This document shows positions 1-9,312 of a stretch of 40,545 nucleotides of DNA, in pieces (position 1 is the first letter of the stretch; the number at the start of each line of letters is the position of its first letter). A program made the translations under genes and the position numbers. The notes beneath the pieces are model-generated. The model had not been told where the DNA came from. It ran no database searches and worked only from the letters and a program-made list of their open reading frames with translations. Origin of the DNA: a virus (lineage: Duplodnaviria; Caudoviricetes); IMG/VR virus record IMGVR_UViG_3300017649_000008, positions 1 through 40,545 of that record, one strand, 5' to 3'.

Positions 1-55
1 CGACCGCGCCCCGATCGTCGGGGCGTCGAGGCGCTCCCCGCCGCGTGCGGGTCAT
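1..55 (-). CDS. 5' end of host TadE-like pilin/pseudopilin gene (truncated by window edge)
   Basis: ATG at 55-53 overlaps the stop of the upstream pilin fragment; reads MTRTRRGAPRRPDDRGAV, with the D-x-G prepilin leader typical of TadE-like proteins. Confidence 0.5.
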   Translation of the reverse strand, partial: MTRTRRGAPRRPDDRGAV

Positions 56-123
56 GACACCGTGAGCGCGCGACGGACGAGGTCGGTGAGGATGCCGCGC
101 ACCTCGTCGGAGCGCATGATCAC
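52..123 (-). pseudogene. 3' half of host Flp/DUF4244-type pilin gene, split by the prophage
   Basis: VIMRSDEVRGILTDLVRRALTVS* joins in frame to the 5' half at the right end through the shared core. Confidence 0.8.
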
Positions 124-150
124 CATCAAAGAGACACGACAGACGAGTCT
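117..150. other. Left attachment junction (core TGATCAC 117-123 plus attP arm CATCAAAGAGACACGACAGACGAG)
   Basis: Arm is an imperfect inverted repeat of the right-end arm (TCGTCCGTCGTGT / ACACGACAGACGA); overlaps the integrase stop codon. Confidence 0.85.
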
Positions 151-1550
151 CCCCAGGTGGTGATGATCTCGGCTGCCGCGCCGGCCCTGGTGAGGCGAAT
201 CTGTTCGACCATGAGCCGCAAAGCACGGTTCTGCTCCGCGACGGTCATGCTCACCCACTGGCCGCGCAGCGAAGCGACCTGTTCAGCGGTGGGCCGTTTC
301 GAGTGCGCTCTGCCGGCGGCGGCGATCGCCGCACGCAGCGGACCCATCTCCTGCTCGAGCTCGGCACGGATGCGCATGAAGGTCGTGTCGGGCAGGATCC
401 CCTTCACGTTCTGCCGGCCCGCGGCCGCGAGCTCGGCTTCGAGTGCTTCCAGGTCGTGGTTCATGCGCGCGACCTCGGCGGCTTCGAGCGCTTCCCGGCG
501 GCGCTGCGCGGGCGGCAGTTCCGGTTCGAACGTCATCAGCCAGTCCACGATGGGAGGCTCGAGCGTCAGCCCGGAGACGTACGCGCGCTGCGGGTGCTCC
601 CGGGTGAGACGGTCGCCGCACAGGTACCCGCCGTACCACTTCCCTCCGGTGACGGCTCCCTTCCCGTGCATGTGACCGCCGCATTCGCACCTGACCAGCT
701 GGGACAGAAGGTAGGGCGATGTGGTGGGTTTCGCGCCGGTGGTGCGGCGCCGTTCCCGTTCCCGCAGGTATTCCTCTCGGGTGTCCGCGCTGATGATGCC
801 GTCGTGCGCGCCCGGGTAGACGGATCCCCGGTACGGGATGAGGCCGGCGTGGATCGGTGAGTCCATGACGGTGAACGGTCGCGCCCGGGTCCACGGCTTC
901 CCGTTCGGGCCGGGGATGCCTTGCGTGTTCAGCCACTGCGCGAGCGCGGCGGACCCCTCCCCGGCGAGGTAGCGGCGGTACATCTCTACGACGACGGGCG
1001 CCTTCTCGGGGTCGGGTTCGATGCAGTCCTTCCCCCACAGCCACCCGAACGGGAGTCGCCCGGACGCGGGCAGGCCGCGGGAAAGGCGCCGTTGACGGAT
1101 GTCCTCCCACACTTCCCCGATGAGTTCGGATTGGTAGGCGGAGAACTCGGTCATCACGCCGCGCGCGAATCGACCGGATGCGGTGGCGGTGTCGATGGGT
1201 TCCGTGGCGGCTTCGATGCGGCCTCCGGCGATGTCGGTCCGGTCGATCGCGAGCGCCCAGTCCTTCCGGGACCGGGATAGGCGGGACCACTTCCACAGGA
1301 CGATGACGTCGGCGGTGCCCTGCTCGATTGCGTCCATGGTGCGCTGCACCGCGGGCCGCTTCCATGTGCGGCCGGTGATGCCGGGGTCCGCTTCGACCCC
1401 GACGACCTGGTATCCGAGCCGTTCGCAGTAGTCCCGGCACGCGGTCTCCTGCAGCTCGAGGCTGATCGACTCCTCTTTATATGTCGACTGGCGGAGGTAG
1501 ATGATCGCGCGTTCGGGGGCGTTCGGAACGGCGCGGAGTCTAGGAGGCAT
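126..1550 (-). CDS. Large serine recombinase (phage integrase)
   Basis: IYLRQS catalytic Ser motif, SRLSRS, recombinase domain, CxC...C zinc ribbon and coiled coil; 474 aa at the prophage end. Confidence 0.95.
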   Translation of the reverse strand: MPPRLRAVPNAPERAIIYLRQSTYKEESISLELQETACRDYCERLGYQVVGVEADPGITGRTWKRPAVQRTMDAIEQGTADVIVLWKWSRLSRSRKDWALAIDRTDIAGGRIEAATEPIDTATASGRFARGVMTEFSAYQSELIGEVWEDIRQRRLSRGLPASGRLPFGWLWGKDCIEPDPEKAPVVVEMYRRYLAGEGSAALAQWLNTQGIPGPNGKPWTRARPFTVMDSPIHAGLIPYRGSVYPGAHDGIISADTREEYLRERERRRTTGAKPTTSPYLLSQLVRCECGGHMHGKGAVTGGKWYGGYLCGDRLTREHPQRAYVSGLTLEPPIVDWLMTFEPELPPAQRRREALEAAEVARMNHDLEALEAELAAAGRQNVKGILPDTTFMRIRAELEQEMGPLRAAIAAAGRAHSKRPTAEQVASLRGQWVSMTVAEQNRALRLMVEQIRLTRAGAAAEIITTWGDSSVVSL

Positions 1551-1983
1551 GGACGGTCCTGTGGTGCCACTGCCCGGCGCCCATCCGGGCGCGGACGTAG
1601 GTGGTATCCCCGAGCCGCAGCAGCAGGGCCCGGTAGGCGTCGACGAGTTCGACGGTGACGGCCAGGTCGTGCGCCATGGACGGGCTGTGCCCGCCGCGGT
1701 GCCGTTCGGCTTCGGCGTACGCGTCGGGTGTGATGAGACGGAGCGCGGCCCATTCGTTCGCGCGACGCTCCTGCTTCGCGCGGACGGGGCCGTGCGGGCT
1801 GGGGTGGTCCTGGAAGACGTGGTGCGCGATCTCGTGCGCGAGGACGGACCGTGCGACCCGGCGGGGCATGCGCGGGTCGAGGCGGATCGTGGATGTCCCG
1901 TGATGGTACCCGCCGAGGTGGCGGCCTGCCTTTTCGATCACGGTGAGCCCCAGTTCCTCGGCAAGCTGAAGCAGGTCCTGCAT
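1540..1983 (-). CDS. ImmA/IrrE family metallopeptidase (anti-repressor)
   Basis: Start re-called at MQDLLQLAEELG (ATG 1983); LAHEIAH HExxH motif and ERRANEWAA; lies between repressor and integrase. Confidence 0.88.
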   Translation of the reverse strand: MQDLLQLAEELGLTVIEKAGRHLGGYHHGTSTIRLDPRMPRRVARSVLAHEIAHHVFQDHPSPHGPVRAKQERRANEWAALRLITPDAYAEAERHRGGHSPSMAHDLAVTVELVDAYRALLLRLGDTTYVRARMGAGQWHHRTVHAS

Positions 1984-2006
1984 TCGCGGTCTTCCCCCAG
2001 AAAGAT

Positions 2007-2510
2007 CTACGAGTCGTACTTGTCGTCGGTGTCGCCCGGGTCGTAGTGGATCGACTCGGAGGCGACTTCGGCTAGATCCTCGGGGATGCCTCCGACAGGC
2101 GCCTTCGGGCGGATGTGGGTGATGTTCGATCCAGGCTCGCTGGTGTCCTCGATGTGCGCGGGTTCGGTGAGCGTCTCGGTGGCGGCGCCGGCCTGGATGC
2201 GGCGGAGGATCTCGGCGGACAGTTCGAGGTCGGTGTACTTCTCCAGGCCCCACTCGCGGGGCACTTCGAACCGGCCGATCTCGTCTGCGGTGAGGTAGCC
2301 GACTTCGGCGAGGGCATGGAGGGGGCTGTCGCCGAGGTTGCGGGCGACGGCGATGACAGTTTCGGCTTTCACTCCGCCGGTACCGCTGCGCCACTTGGAG
2401 AGCTGGCCGTCTGTGACGCCGGCGAGCTTCGCGAAGTCGGCTTGGCTGCGCTGCCCCATCCTCCGGTGAAGGTATTGGGCCCATCGCGTCCGGGTGTCTG
2501 CTTCTGACAT
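2007..2510 (-). CDS. Immunity repressor (XRE HTH, ImmR/CI-like)
   Basis: MSEADTRTRW...SQADFAKLAGVTDGQLSKWRSG HTH; divergent from a Cro-like gene. Confidence 0.85.
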   Translation of the reverse strand: MSEADTRTRWAQYLHRRMGQRSQADFAKLAGVTDGQLSKWRSGTGGVKAETVIAVARNLGDSPLHALAEVGYLTADEIGRFEVPREWGLEKYTDLELSAEILRRIQAGAATETLTEPAHIEDTSEPGSNITHIRPKAPVGGIPEDLAEVASESIHYDPGDTDDKYDS

Positions 2511-2642
2511 GCCACCAACGGTACTCCGATATTGCATGCCTGCAATGACTTTTCTTGGGAGAACCTTGATTTTCCGCGGGCGACACGCCGCGACCGTGTA
2601 ATGAGGGTTGCAACGCGGGAACTGATACATAGACTTTCTTGC
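2511..2642. promoter_or_regulatory. Divergent lysis/lysogeny control region with palindromic operator candidates
   Basis: Lower-GC spacer with ATTGCA-TGCC-TGCAAT (2531-2546) and CTTTC-TTGCAT-GAAAG overlapping the cro start. Confidence 0.6.
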
Positions 2643-2897
2643 ATGAAAGATTCTTCGACGGGAGAAGGCCCCCGGATCACCCTGAACCGGGAGAACCTCG
2701 ACCGCCTTCGCCGCGCGAACGGCATCGGAACCGAAGCGGAACTCGCCCGGATCCTGCAGGTATCCCCCACCACGCTGTGGCGCGTGTCGAACGGTGAGGT
2801 GGCCCCCTCCAACCAGTTCATCGCCCGCGCGCTCACGGCGTTCCCGCACACCCAGTTCGCGGTCCTGTTCACGGTTCAGCAGCCGGCGGCCGCGTGA
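2643..2897 (+). CDS. Cro-like HTH regulator
   Basis: MKDSST...TEAELARILQVSPTTLWRVSNG HTH; first gene of the rightward operon. Confidence 0.82.
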   Translation: MKDSSTGEGPRITLNRENLDRLRRANGIGTEAELARILQVSPTTLWRVSNGEVAPSNQFIARALTAFPHTQFAVLFTVQQPAAA

Positions 2898-3073
2898 TGA
2901 AGACCCGCGAGCAGGCGCTACAGGACCTCTCCGACTTCCTCCACGAGGTCGGCGAGACCACCGCCCGTCTCACACCGAGACAGGCGGCAGAGCGGGCGTG
3001 GCATCCGGGCGGGCCGAGCATCGACGACCTGGAACAGCAGATCGCGCAGACGAGGGTGGCGCAGGCCGCCTGA
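2897..3073 (+). CDS. Hypothetical protein (58 aa, below ORF-track cutoff)
   Basis: TGATG overlap with cro; MKTREQALQDLSDFLHEVG...AQAA. Confidence 0.65.
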   Translation: MKTREQALQDLSDFLHEVGETTARLTPRQAAERAWHPGGPSIDDLEQQIAQTRVAQAA

Positions 3074-3131
3074 GAAACGGAAACGGCGCCCCCTGGCCGG
3101 GACGCCGCCTCACAAGAAAGGAGCCAAGCAG

Positions 3132-3386
3132 GTGGCTCAGACATCAACGGTACAGGACCAGGTCAACGCGGCCGCGGTCGACAAGCTGTCCGCCGCGAGG
3201 GGAAAGAGCGAGGTCGCTCACTACTTCCTCGTCACCGAAGACCGGGACACGGTGAAGGCGATCGAGTGGATCGACAAGGCGATCACCGACCTCGAAGCGG
3301 CGAAGACCGAGATCACCGCCGGGGCCGCACGTGAGCTGCGCCGCCCGGTGGAGATCACGGAGCAGTTCGAAGGGGCGGACCTATGA
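3132..3386 (+). CDS. Hypothetical protein
   Basis: AAAGGAG RBS upstream; coupled to the next gene. Confidence 0.65.
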   Translation: MAQTSTVQDQVNAAAVDKLSAARGKSEVAHYFLVTEDRDTVKAIEWIDKAITDLEAAKTEITAGAARELRRPVEITEQFEGADL

Positions 3387-3700
3387 GCGTCCTCATCGCA
3401 CTCCCCCGTGAAGACGACCACGGGAACGTGCTGAACGCGCCGCACCCGCCGGTGCCCGCGCTGCGGCACGTGTCGGTCGGGCTGGTCGACCCGTGGGACG
3501 CGATGACCCCGGGAGAGCAGCAGGACCACATCGATGCGTGCCCGAACCTCTGCGACATCTGCGACGGGCGCCGCGCGTTCGGGATCTGCGCGTCGTGCGG
3601 TGGCGTGACGGAGGAGACCGGCGAGTACGACCTGTCCCGGTGCTGTGGTTCGCGGGTGCACTTCCCCGGCCCGGACGACGACGACCGGAGGGCTGCCTGA
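3383..3700 (+). CDS. Cys-rich hypothetical protein (possible Zn-binding)
   Basis: ATGA overlap; several CxxC pairs. Confidence 0.6.
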   Translation: MSVLIALPREDDHGNVLNAPHPPVPALRHVSVGLVDPWDAMTPGEQQDHIDACPNLCDICDGRRAFGICASCGGVTEETGEYDLSRCCGSRVHFPGPDDDDRRAA

Positions 3701-3843
3701 TGGATTGGCGGACCGGCTCGGACGACTGGGAAGCGGAGCGTCGGCTTCTCGCCGAGGACGAAGCGTACGAGCGCGAGGACGACTGGCGCGAAGGGGACGA
3801 GTGGCAGGAAGAAGCCCTCACCGACACGGAGAGGAACCGCTGA
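3700..3843 (+). CDS. Small acidic hypothetical protein
   Basis: MDWRTGSDDWEAERR...; TGATG overlaps at both ends. Confidence 0.55.
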   Translation: MDWRTGSDDWEAERRLLAEDEAYEREDDWREGDEWQEEALTDTERNR

Positions 3844-3998
3844 TGCCCGCTCCCCTGTTCATGATCGTCGCCGCTCTGGTGCTGGTCCTCCCGATCGCGC
3901 TCGCGAAGGGCGGCCACAACGGCGCCACCGTCGTCGGCGTGATCCTCGTCATCCTCGCGATCGTCCTCACGATCGCGACCGCACCCTCCCGGAAGTGA
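3843..3998 (+). CDS. Small two-TM membrane protein
   Basis: MPAPLFMIVAALVLVLPIALAK...VVGVILVILAIVLTIA. Confidence 0.6.
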   Translation: MPAPLFMIVAALVLVLPIALAKGGHNGATVVGVILVILAIVLTIATAPSRK

Positions 3999-4002
3999 CC
4001 CC

Positions 4003-4317
4003 GTGATCTACCTCCACGACAAGATCCTCCCCGAGCAGACGCCCAGCACGGCCGCCGAGCTCGACGACCAGCAGCTGCGCGTCACCACCCGCGAGTACCG
4101 GGAGCACCGCGCGCACTACGCCGCGATCGCCGCATATCTCCTGAACCTCGGCGAACGGTTCGTCCCCGAAGCCCGCGAGTTCGCCGCCGAGTTCGCCCGC
4201 CTCACACTCGCTGTCGACATTCTCAACACCGAGGAGCGCGCCCGTCACTCCGTGCCCGACCTGATCGTCTCTCTCCAGGCGGTCGCCGCTATCCACGCCG
4301 AACGGATGCACCCATGA
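4003..4317 (+). CDS. Hypothetical protein
   Basis: Fits the operon; ATGA overlap with the exonuclease. Confidence 0.6.
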   Translation: MIYLHDKILPEQTPSTAAELDDQQLRVTTREYREHRAHYAAIAAYLLNLGERFVPEAREFAAEFARLTLAVDILNTEERARHSVPDLIVSLQAVAAIHAERMHP

Positions 4318-5204
4318 ACGCGTACACCGTCGTCTGCGACGGCACCGACCGTGACCTTTGGCTCGAGAAGCGCCAGGGAGGCGTCACCGCGACCGACATC
4401 GCGCGCCTCGCCCGCGGCGGCGCGAACACGTGGGCCGCCGTGCACGCCGAAAAGGCCGGCAAAGAACGGCACTTCACGAACGCGGCCATGGAGCACGGCA
4501 AGACCCGCGAGCCCGTGATCGCCCGGTTCGCGCAGACCATGTACGGCCTCTACCACTCGACCGCGCTCCTCGCCTGGAACCCAGAAATGCGGTTCCTGGC
4601 GACACCGGACCTCCGCGGCGCGGGGAAGCACAAGGTCGGCGACATCAAGACCACAGTCCACGACTGGAACAGCCTCGACGACGTCCCCGGCCGGTACATC
4701 GACCAGCTGCTGTGGCAGATGCTCGTCGTCGGCGAGAAGCACGCGGCGCTGATCTTCGAGCCCCACGAGAACGGGATCCCGCTCTACCCGACCCCGAAGA
4801 TGCTCGTCGTCGAGTGGGATTCCGCGCGGGTCGCGAAGCTTCAGGAGACCGCGTACGAGTTCCTCGCCGAGGACGACACACCGGACGAGGACGCCGCGAC
4901 TCTCGACGCGCTCCTCACCGATGCGGCGATGCGGAAGGAACTCGCGGACGCTGCGGCGCTCTCTTACCAGCGTGCCGCCGCGGCGATCGAGGAGTACCTC
5001 GGCGGGAAGCCGCGCCGGTTCGCCGGGTCGGTCGCGTCCCTCACCCGCTCGGCCGACGGTGTCTCGACGACTCTCGACACCGCCCGCCTCAAGAAGGACC
5101 GCCCCGAGATCGCTGCGGAGTACACCCGCACCGCCCCGCGGAAGGGCGCGCTCCGCATCACCCTCCACACCGACCAGGACGACCAGACAGGAGCAGCAGC
5201 ATGA
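4314..5204 (+). CDS. YqaJ-like viral recombination exonuclease
   Basis: WLEKRQGGVTATD, AMEHGKTREP, LATPD, GDIKT and YIDQLLWQM motifs. Confidence 0.85.
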   Translation: MNAYTVVCDGTDRDLWLEKRQGGVTATDIARLARGGANTWAAVHAEKAGKERHFTNAAMEHGKTREPVIARFAQTMYGLYHSTALLAWNPEMRFLATPDLRGAGKHKVGDIKTTVHDWNSLDDVPGRYIDQLLWQMLVVGEKHAALIFEPHENGIPLYPTPKMLVVEWDSARVAKLQETAYEFLAEDDTPDEDAATLDALLTDAAMRKELADAAALSYQRAAAAIEEYLGGKPRRFAGSVASLTRSADGVSTTLDTARLKKDRPEIAAEYTRTAPRKGALRITLHTDQDDQTGAAA

Positions 5205-5845
5205 CCGCCGAGATCGTCGGCCCCGAGTCCACGCTCAGGGCGCTACGCGAGCCGTTCAAGCCGGAGCAGATCGACAAGCTGCCGAAGATCCTGTCTCGCG
5301 ACGACAAGGACCGCGGCAAGTGCACGCCTGGCTCGAAGTACACCGCTGACGGGCACACCTGCAACGGCTACCACGCCCGCGCCGTGCACCTCGACTACGT
5401 CGGCCACGCGCAGGTCACCGCCCGTCTTCTCGACGTCGACCCACTGTGGACGTGGGAACCGTTCGCGATCGATGACCGTGGTCTGCCCGCACTCGACCCG
5501 AACGGCGGGCTGTGGATACGGCTGACCGTCGCAGGGATGACTCGCATCGGGTACGGCGACGCGCAGGGGAAGAACGGCCCGAACGCGGTCAAGGAAGCGA
5601 TCGGAGACGCGCTGCGCAACGCCGCGATGCGGTTCGGTGTCGCGCTCGATCTGTGGTCGAAGTCGGACCTCGGCGCCGCGGCGGACACGCACGCCGCCCG
5701 CGAGTGGGTGATCGAGGCCCAGGCTGCCGAGAACGTTGACGCGATCCGTGAGATCTGGAAGCAGGCCCGCGCGGCCGGCGCCGACGTCGACACCCTCGAC
5801 AAGATCACCGTCCTCGCGACGGAGCGCATGGACACGGGGGCGTGA
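5201..5845 (+). CDS. Rad52/Sak-like single-strand annealing protein
   Basis: Start re-called at MTAEIVG; LDYVGHAQVTARLLDVDP and KEAIGDALRNAAMRFGV; follows the exonuclease. Confidence 0.75.
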   Translation: MTAEIVGPESTLRALREPFKPEQIDKLPKILSRDDKDRGKCTPGSKYTADGHTCNGYHARAVHLDYVGHAQVTARLLDVDPLWTWEPFAIDDRGLPALDPNGGLWIRLTVAGMTRIGYGDAQGKNGPNAVKEAIGDALRNAAMRFGVALDLWSKSDLGAAADTHAAREWVIEAQAAENVDAIREIWKQARAAGADVDTLDKITVLATERMDTGA

Positions 5846-6240
5846 TGAACGACATCGCGAACATGTCGTCGGGCGAGCTCATCGAGTACAAGCCCGTCTC
5901 CCCGATGGAACTCGAACTCATCATCCGCGAGCTCGGCGACCGCCTCGAGCACGCCGTCCCCGTCCTCCGCGATCTGTGGGCGAAGCGGTACGCCGCCGAG
6001 CGCGCGTTCATCGAGGGCCACGCGAAAGCGATGCTGCAGTCCAAACAGTCAACCGTCGCGATGGCACGGAAGGAAGCGGACATCGCGACGCTCGGTCTGA
6101 AGCGGGACTTCGATGACGCGAAGGAGATCCTGCACGCCGCGGAGGCGCTGCAGAAGGCTCTCGCCGCGAAGCTCATGGGCTACCAGAACCTCAACAAGGC
6201 GCACATGCAGGCGTACAGCGCGGGAGGTGTCGGGCGATGA
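5842..6240 (+). CDS. Coiled-coil hypothetical protein
   Basis: Coupled ORF with helical composition. Confidence 0.6.
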   Translation: MMNDIANMSSGELIEYKPVSPMELELIIRELGDRLEHAVPVLRDLWAKRYAAERAFIEGHAKAMLQSKQSTVAMARKEADIATLGLKRDFDDAKEILHAAEALQKALAAKLMGYQNLNKAHMQAYSAGGVGR

Positions 6241-6548
6241 CTTCCCCACTGATCCACCGAGAGGCAACCCGCCGCGTGCACGTCCGGTACAAGGTCGAAG
6301 CGATCGTAGAGACCTTCCTCACGGTGTCGGACCAGCAGGTCCGCGAAGGACTCGACCTCGATCCCGACGAGGAGATCACCGACGACGTGCTCGCTGAGTA
6401 CGTCACCGAGACGACCGACGAGTCCGTGTGGGACCTCCGCAGCATCGAGTTCTGGGATCAGCTCGACGAGGTCGATATCGGCGAGGAGACGACGCACATG
6501 GTCGCGCCGCCGACGTTCGTTCCCCTCCCCGGGATGGAGGGACTGTGA
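6237..6548 (+). CDS. Acidic hypothetical protein
   Basis: ATGA/GTGA overlaps; GGAGG RBS. Confidence 0.6.
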   Translation: MTSPLIHREATRRVHVRYKVEAIVETFLTVSDQQVREGLDLDPDEEITDDVLAEYVTETTDESVWDLRSIEFWDQLDEVDIGEETTHMVAPPTFVPLPGMEGL

Positions 6549-6752
6549 GCCACCCGTTTCCGGCCCGGTACGACGGCGTCTGCGCGGCGGGATGCGAGAA
6601 CCGCATCCACCCCGGCGACATCGTCCGCTACGAGGACGACCGGCTCGTGCACGACGAGTGCGCCCCGAGGCCGGACCCGCTCGATCTGCGCCCGTCCGGA
6701 GGTCGTCTGCGGCACCTGCTGGCTGGTGAAGCCCTGCCGATGTGACGACTGA
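6545..6752 (+). pseudogene. Small Zn-binding protein with an apparent +1 frameshift near 6697
   Basis: MSHPFPARYDGVCAAGC...VHDEC...LRPS continues in the +1 frame as EVVCGTCWLVKPCRCDD*. Confidence 0.5.
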
Positions 6753-6837
6753 CCCCGAGACCGGGGACCGAGGTGTTAGCCGCACCTCGGTCCCCACACA
6801 CCGAATCGACCCCCTCCTGGCAGAGAAGGAACGAACG

Positions 6838-7266
6838 ATGCACGACAACAATGCGGCACCAGCCGCAATCCCCGCAATCCGCGGCGGCATCCCGTGGCAA
6901 CACATCCAGTTCACAGAGACGTGCTGGCTGTGGACCGGCCCGCGAAACAAGGGCTACGGGAAGTTCGCTGGGACCACAGCACACCGCGCCGTCTACGTCC
7001 GCAGCGGCAACACGATCCCGGCAGGGCTGGAGCTGGACCACCTCTTCATGAAGCCGCTCTGCGTCAACCCGGCGCACCTCGAACCGGTCACGCGCGCGGA
7101 GAACGCCCGCCGCCGCGCCGCCGCGCTGGTGAAGTGCGTCAACGGGCACGCCTACACGCCCGCGAACACCTACATTCGCCCCGACGGTCACCGCGACTGC
7201 CGCGCCTGCATCCGCCGCCGCGTCGCCGCGTACAAGCGCCGCCAGACGATCGGGCAGGCCGCGTGA
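6838..7266 (+). CDS. HNH endonuclease (HNH_3 type) with C-terminal Zn-finger
   Basis: CWLWTG...GYG...AHR...LDHLFMKPLCVNPAHLEPVT..EN, then CVNGH...RDCRAC; AAGGA RBS. Confidence 0.85.
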   Translation: MHDNNAAPAAIPAIRGGIPWQHIQFTETCWLWTGPRNKGYGKFAGTTAHRAVYVRSGNTIPAGLELDHLFMKPLCVNPAHLEPVTRAENARRRAAALVKCVNGHAYTPANTYIRPDGHRDCRACIRRRVAAYKRRQTIGQAA

Positions 7267-7412
7267 GCGCCCGGTGCGCCGGCGTCGACCGGTACGTGAT
7301 CACCACGCCTGCCGGGGAACCGGTGATCCAGACGAACAGCCCGGAAGCGGCCGCGCACTGGCAGGCGAAGCTCGGCGGCCAGGTCATCGACCGTGAGGCG
7401 GTGGCTGCCTGA
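7263..7412 (+). CDS. Hypothetical protein (49 aa)
   Basis: GTGA overlap; MSARCAGVDRYVITT...EAVAA. Confidence 0.5.
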   Translation: MSARCAGVDRYVITTPAGEPVIQTNSPEAAAHWQAKLGGQVIDREAVAA

Positions 7413-7591
7413 TGCCGCTGTCGTTCGCTCCCATTGAGCCTGTCGAGGTCGACGGGGAGAAGAAGTGGAACGCCCGCTGCCGCGCCTGTGGTGAGTGGGT
7501 GTGCGAAAAGCCGCAGGCAGTGAAGGCCGCAGTCGACTACTCCCGACGCATCCATGGCCCGGAGAAGCTCTGCACGCGAGGTGACGCATGA
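7412..7591 (+). CDS. Hypothetical protein (59 aa, CxxC)
   Basis: TGATG and ATGA overlaps; MPLSFAPIEP...CRACGEW. Confidence 0.55.
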   Translation: MPLSFAPIEPVEVDGEKKWNARCRACGEWVCEKPQAVKAAVDYSRRIHGPEKLCTRGDA

Positions 7592-8592
7592 CCGGCCGCG
7601 TCTGCTCGAATCCGGACTGCGCGCGCCCCGTTACGGCGCGCGGCATGTGCCGGATGCACTACCTCCAGAAGTGGCGGGAGGGCGCGCACACGGATGCACC
7701 CACGCGCGAGAAGCGCGCGCACCGCTGCCCCGACGACCACCCGCACGACCTCGAGACATGCTGGGCGACCCACGGGTGCAGGTGCCAGCGGTGCTCTCAC
7801 CTGCGGAAGATGGAGCGCCAGCGCCGCCGCAATCGGATGATGGCGTACGGGCGCTGGGAAGGTCGCGCGACAATACCGGTCGAGCCGGTGCGTCGGCACG
7901 TGCTGGAGCTGCGCGCCGCCGGCGGGTTCGGGCTCGAGCGGATCGCACGCGCGGCCGGCGTCGGCACGGGCGTCGTGTTCGACGTCGTGTACGGGCCGCG
8001 TGGCTCTCAGAAGGACCGCCGCGCGGAGCGCATCACCCGCGCCAGCGCGGAGAAGATCCTCGCGCTCACTCCCGAGCGCATCGACCCCGCGTTCGCTGAG
8101 GGGCGCGGCACGTCGCGCCGCCTGCAGGCGCTGGTCGCGATCGGCTACACCGAGTCGTATCTCGCGGAGCGTCTCGGCGTGCTGGTGGGCAACCTGAGCC
8201 CGCTCGTGATGAATCGGCGCCCCCGGGTCATGGCGACAACGCACACGGCCGTCGCGGCTCTGTTCGAGGAGCTCTGGTCGACGCGCCCGGAGGGGCCCCG
8301 TGCGGAGCGTGCGCGTCGCCTCGCCGCCGCGCACGGCTGGCTGCCGCCGCTGGCGTGGGACGACATCGACACCGACCCGACGCCCGAGGGCGACGTGGTG
8401 AAGCAAGGCCGCGCGTCCGCTGATGAAGTTCTCGATGACGTCGAGTTCCTCCTGGAAGCGGGTGAGTCGCCCGAGCAAGTCGCGGCGACGGTTGGCCGGA
8501 AGATCGGGACGCTCGCGAAGCTCGCCGAACGCAATGGCCGCCGTGACCTCGCGTCCGTGTTCTGGGCCATCGACAAGAAGGTGGCCGCCTGA
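7588..8592 (+). CDS. Zn-binding/HTH DNA-binding phage protein
   Basis: N-terminal CSNPDC..GMCRMHY and GCRCQRC, then HTH-like segments and WLPPLAWDDID. Confidence 0.65.
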   Translation: MTGRVCSNPDCARPVTARGMCRMHYLQKWREGAHTDAPTREKRAHRCPDDHPHDLETCWATHGCRCQRCSHLRKMERQRRRNRMMAYGRWEGRATIPVEPVRRHVLELRAAGGFGLERIARAAGVGTGVVFDVVYGPRGSQKDRRAERITRASAEKILALTPERIDPAFAEGRGTSRRLQALVAIGYTESYLAERLGVLVGNLSPLVMNRRPRVMATTHTAVAALFEELWSTRPEGPRAERARRLAAAHGWLPPLAWDDIDTDPTPEGDVVKQGRASADEVLDDVEFLLEAGESPEQVAATVGRKIGTLAKLAERNGRRDLASVFWAIDKKVAA

Positions 8593-8894
8593 TGGACGTC
8601 TACGACATCGCCCGCGTGACCCCGTCCGCTGAGATGCAGTGGTCGATCGAAACGCTGATCGCCCCGGAACCGTGGGTGCAGGACGCGCTCTGCGGCCAGA
8701 CGGACCCGGAAGCGTTCTTCCCTCCGAAGGGCAGCGCCGCGACCGACGCGAAGAAGGTGTGCGCCAGGTGCGACGTGCGTGCGGAATGCCTCGACTACGC
8801 GCTTCGCACGAACCAGCGGTACGGGATCTACGGCGGCCTCAGCGAGCGTGAACGGCGCAAGCTGCGGAAGGGCGGTACTCATGATCGCCGCTGA
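8592..8894 (+). CDS. whiB: WhiB family transcription factor
   Basis: ALCGQTDPEAFFP...AKKVCARCDVRAECLDYAL...GIYGGLSERERR. Confidence 0.95.
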   Translation: MDVYDIARVTPSAEMQWSIETLIAPEPWVQDALCGQTDPEAFFPPKGSAATDAKKVCARCDVRAECLDYALRTNQRYGIYGGLSERERRKLRKGGTHDRR

Positions 8895-9312
8895 TTTCTT
8901 CTCCGAGGCTGCCCGATTCTGGGCCAAGGTCGACCGCACCGGTGAGTGCTGGAATTGGCTCGGGGAGAAGAACAACCACGGGTACGGGCGGTTCGCGTTC
9001 TGGCAGGACGGGCGACGGGAACGGGTCCTCGCTCACCGCATGGCACTCGCTCTCACGGGAACCCCGCTCGCACCCGACATGGTCAGCCGCCATACGTGCG
9101 ACAACCCAGCGTGCGTCCGTCCTGATCACATTGTCGGCGGAACACAGGCGGAGAACGTCAGCGACGCTGCCGAGCGCGGGCGCCTCGACCTGCACGGGCT
9201 GACGGCCGAGATCTTCAAGGTGTGCCGCACGTGCGGGGTCGCGTTCCGGGGACGCCCTAACCGTCGGTACTGCGATGAACACCAGCCGGGCCGACGGAAG
9301 GATGCGTCATGA
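8881..9312 (+). CDS. HNH endonuclease
   Basis: RFWAKVD..ECWNWLG..GYG..AHR..RHTCDNPACVRPDH..GTQAEN. Confidence 0.88.
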   Translation: MIAADFFSEAARFWAKVDRTGECWNWLGEKNNHGYGRFAFWQDGRRERVLAHRMALALTGTPLAPDMVSRHTCDNPACVRPDHIVGGTQAENVSDAAERGRLDLHGLTAEIFKVCRTCGVAFRGRPNRRYCDEHQPGRRKDAS

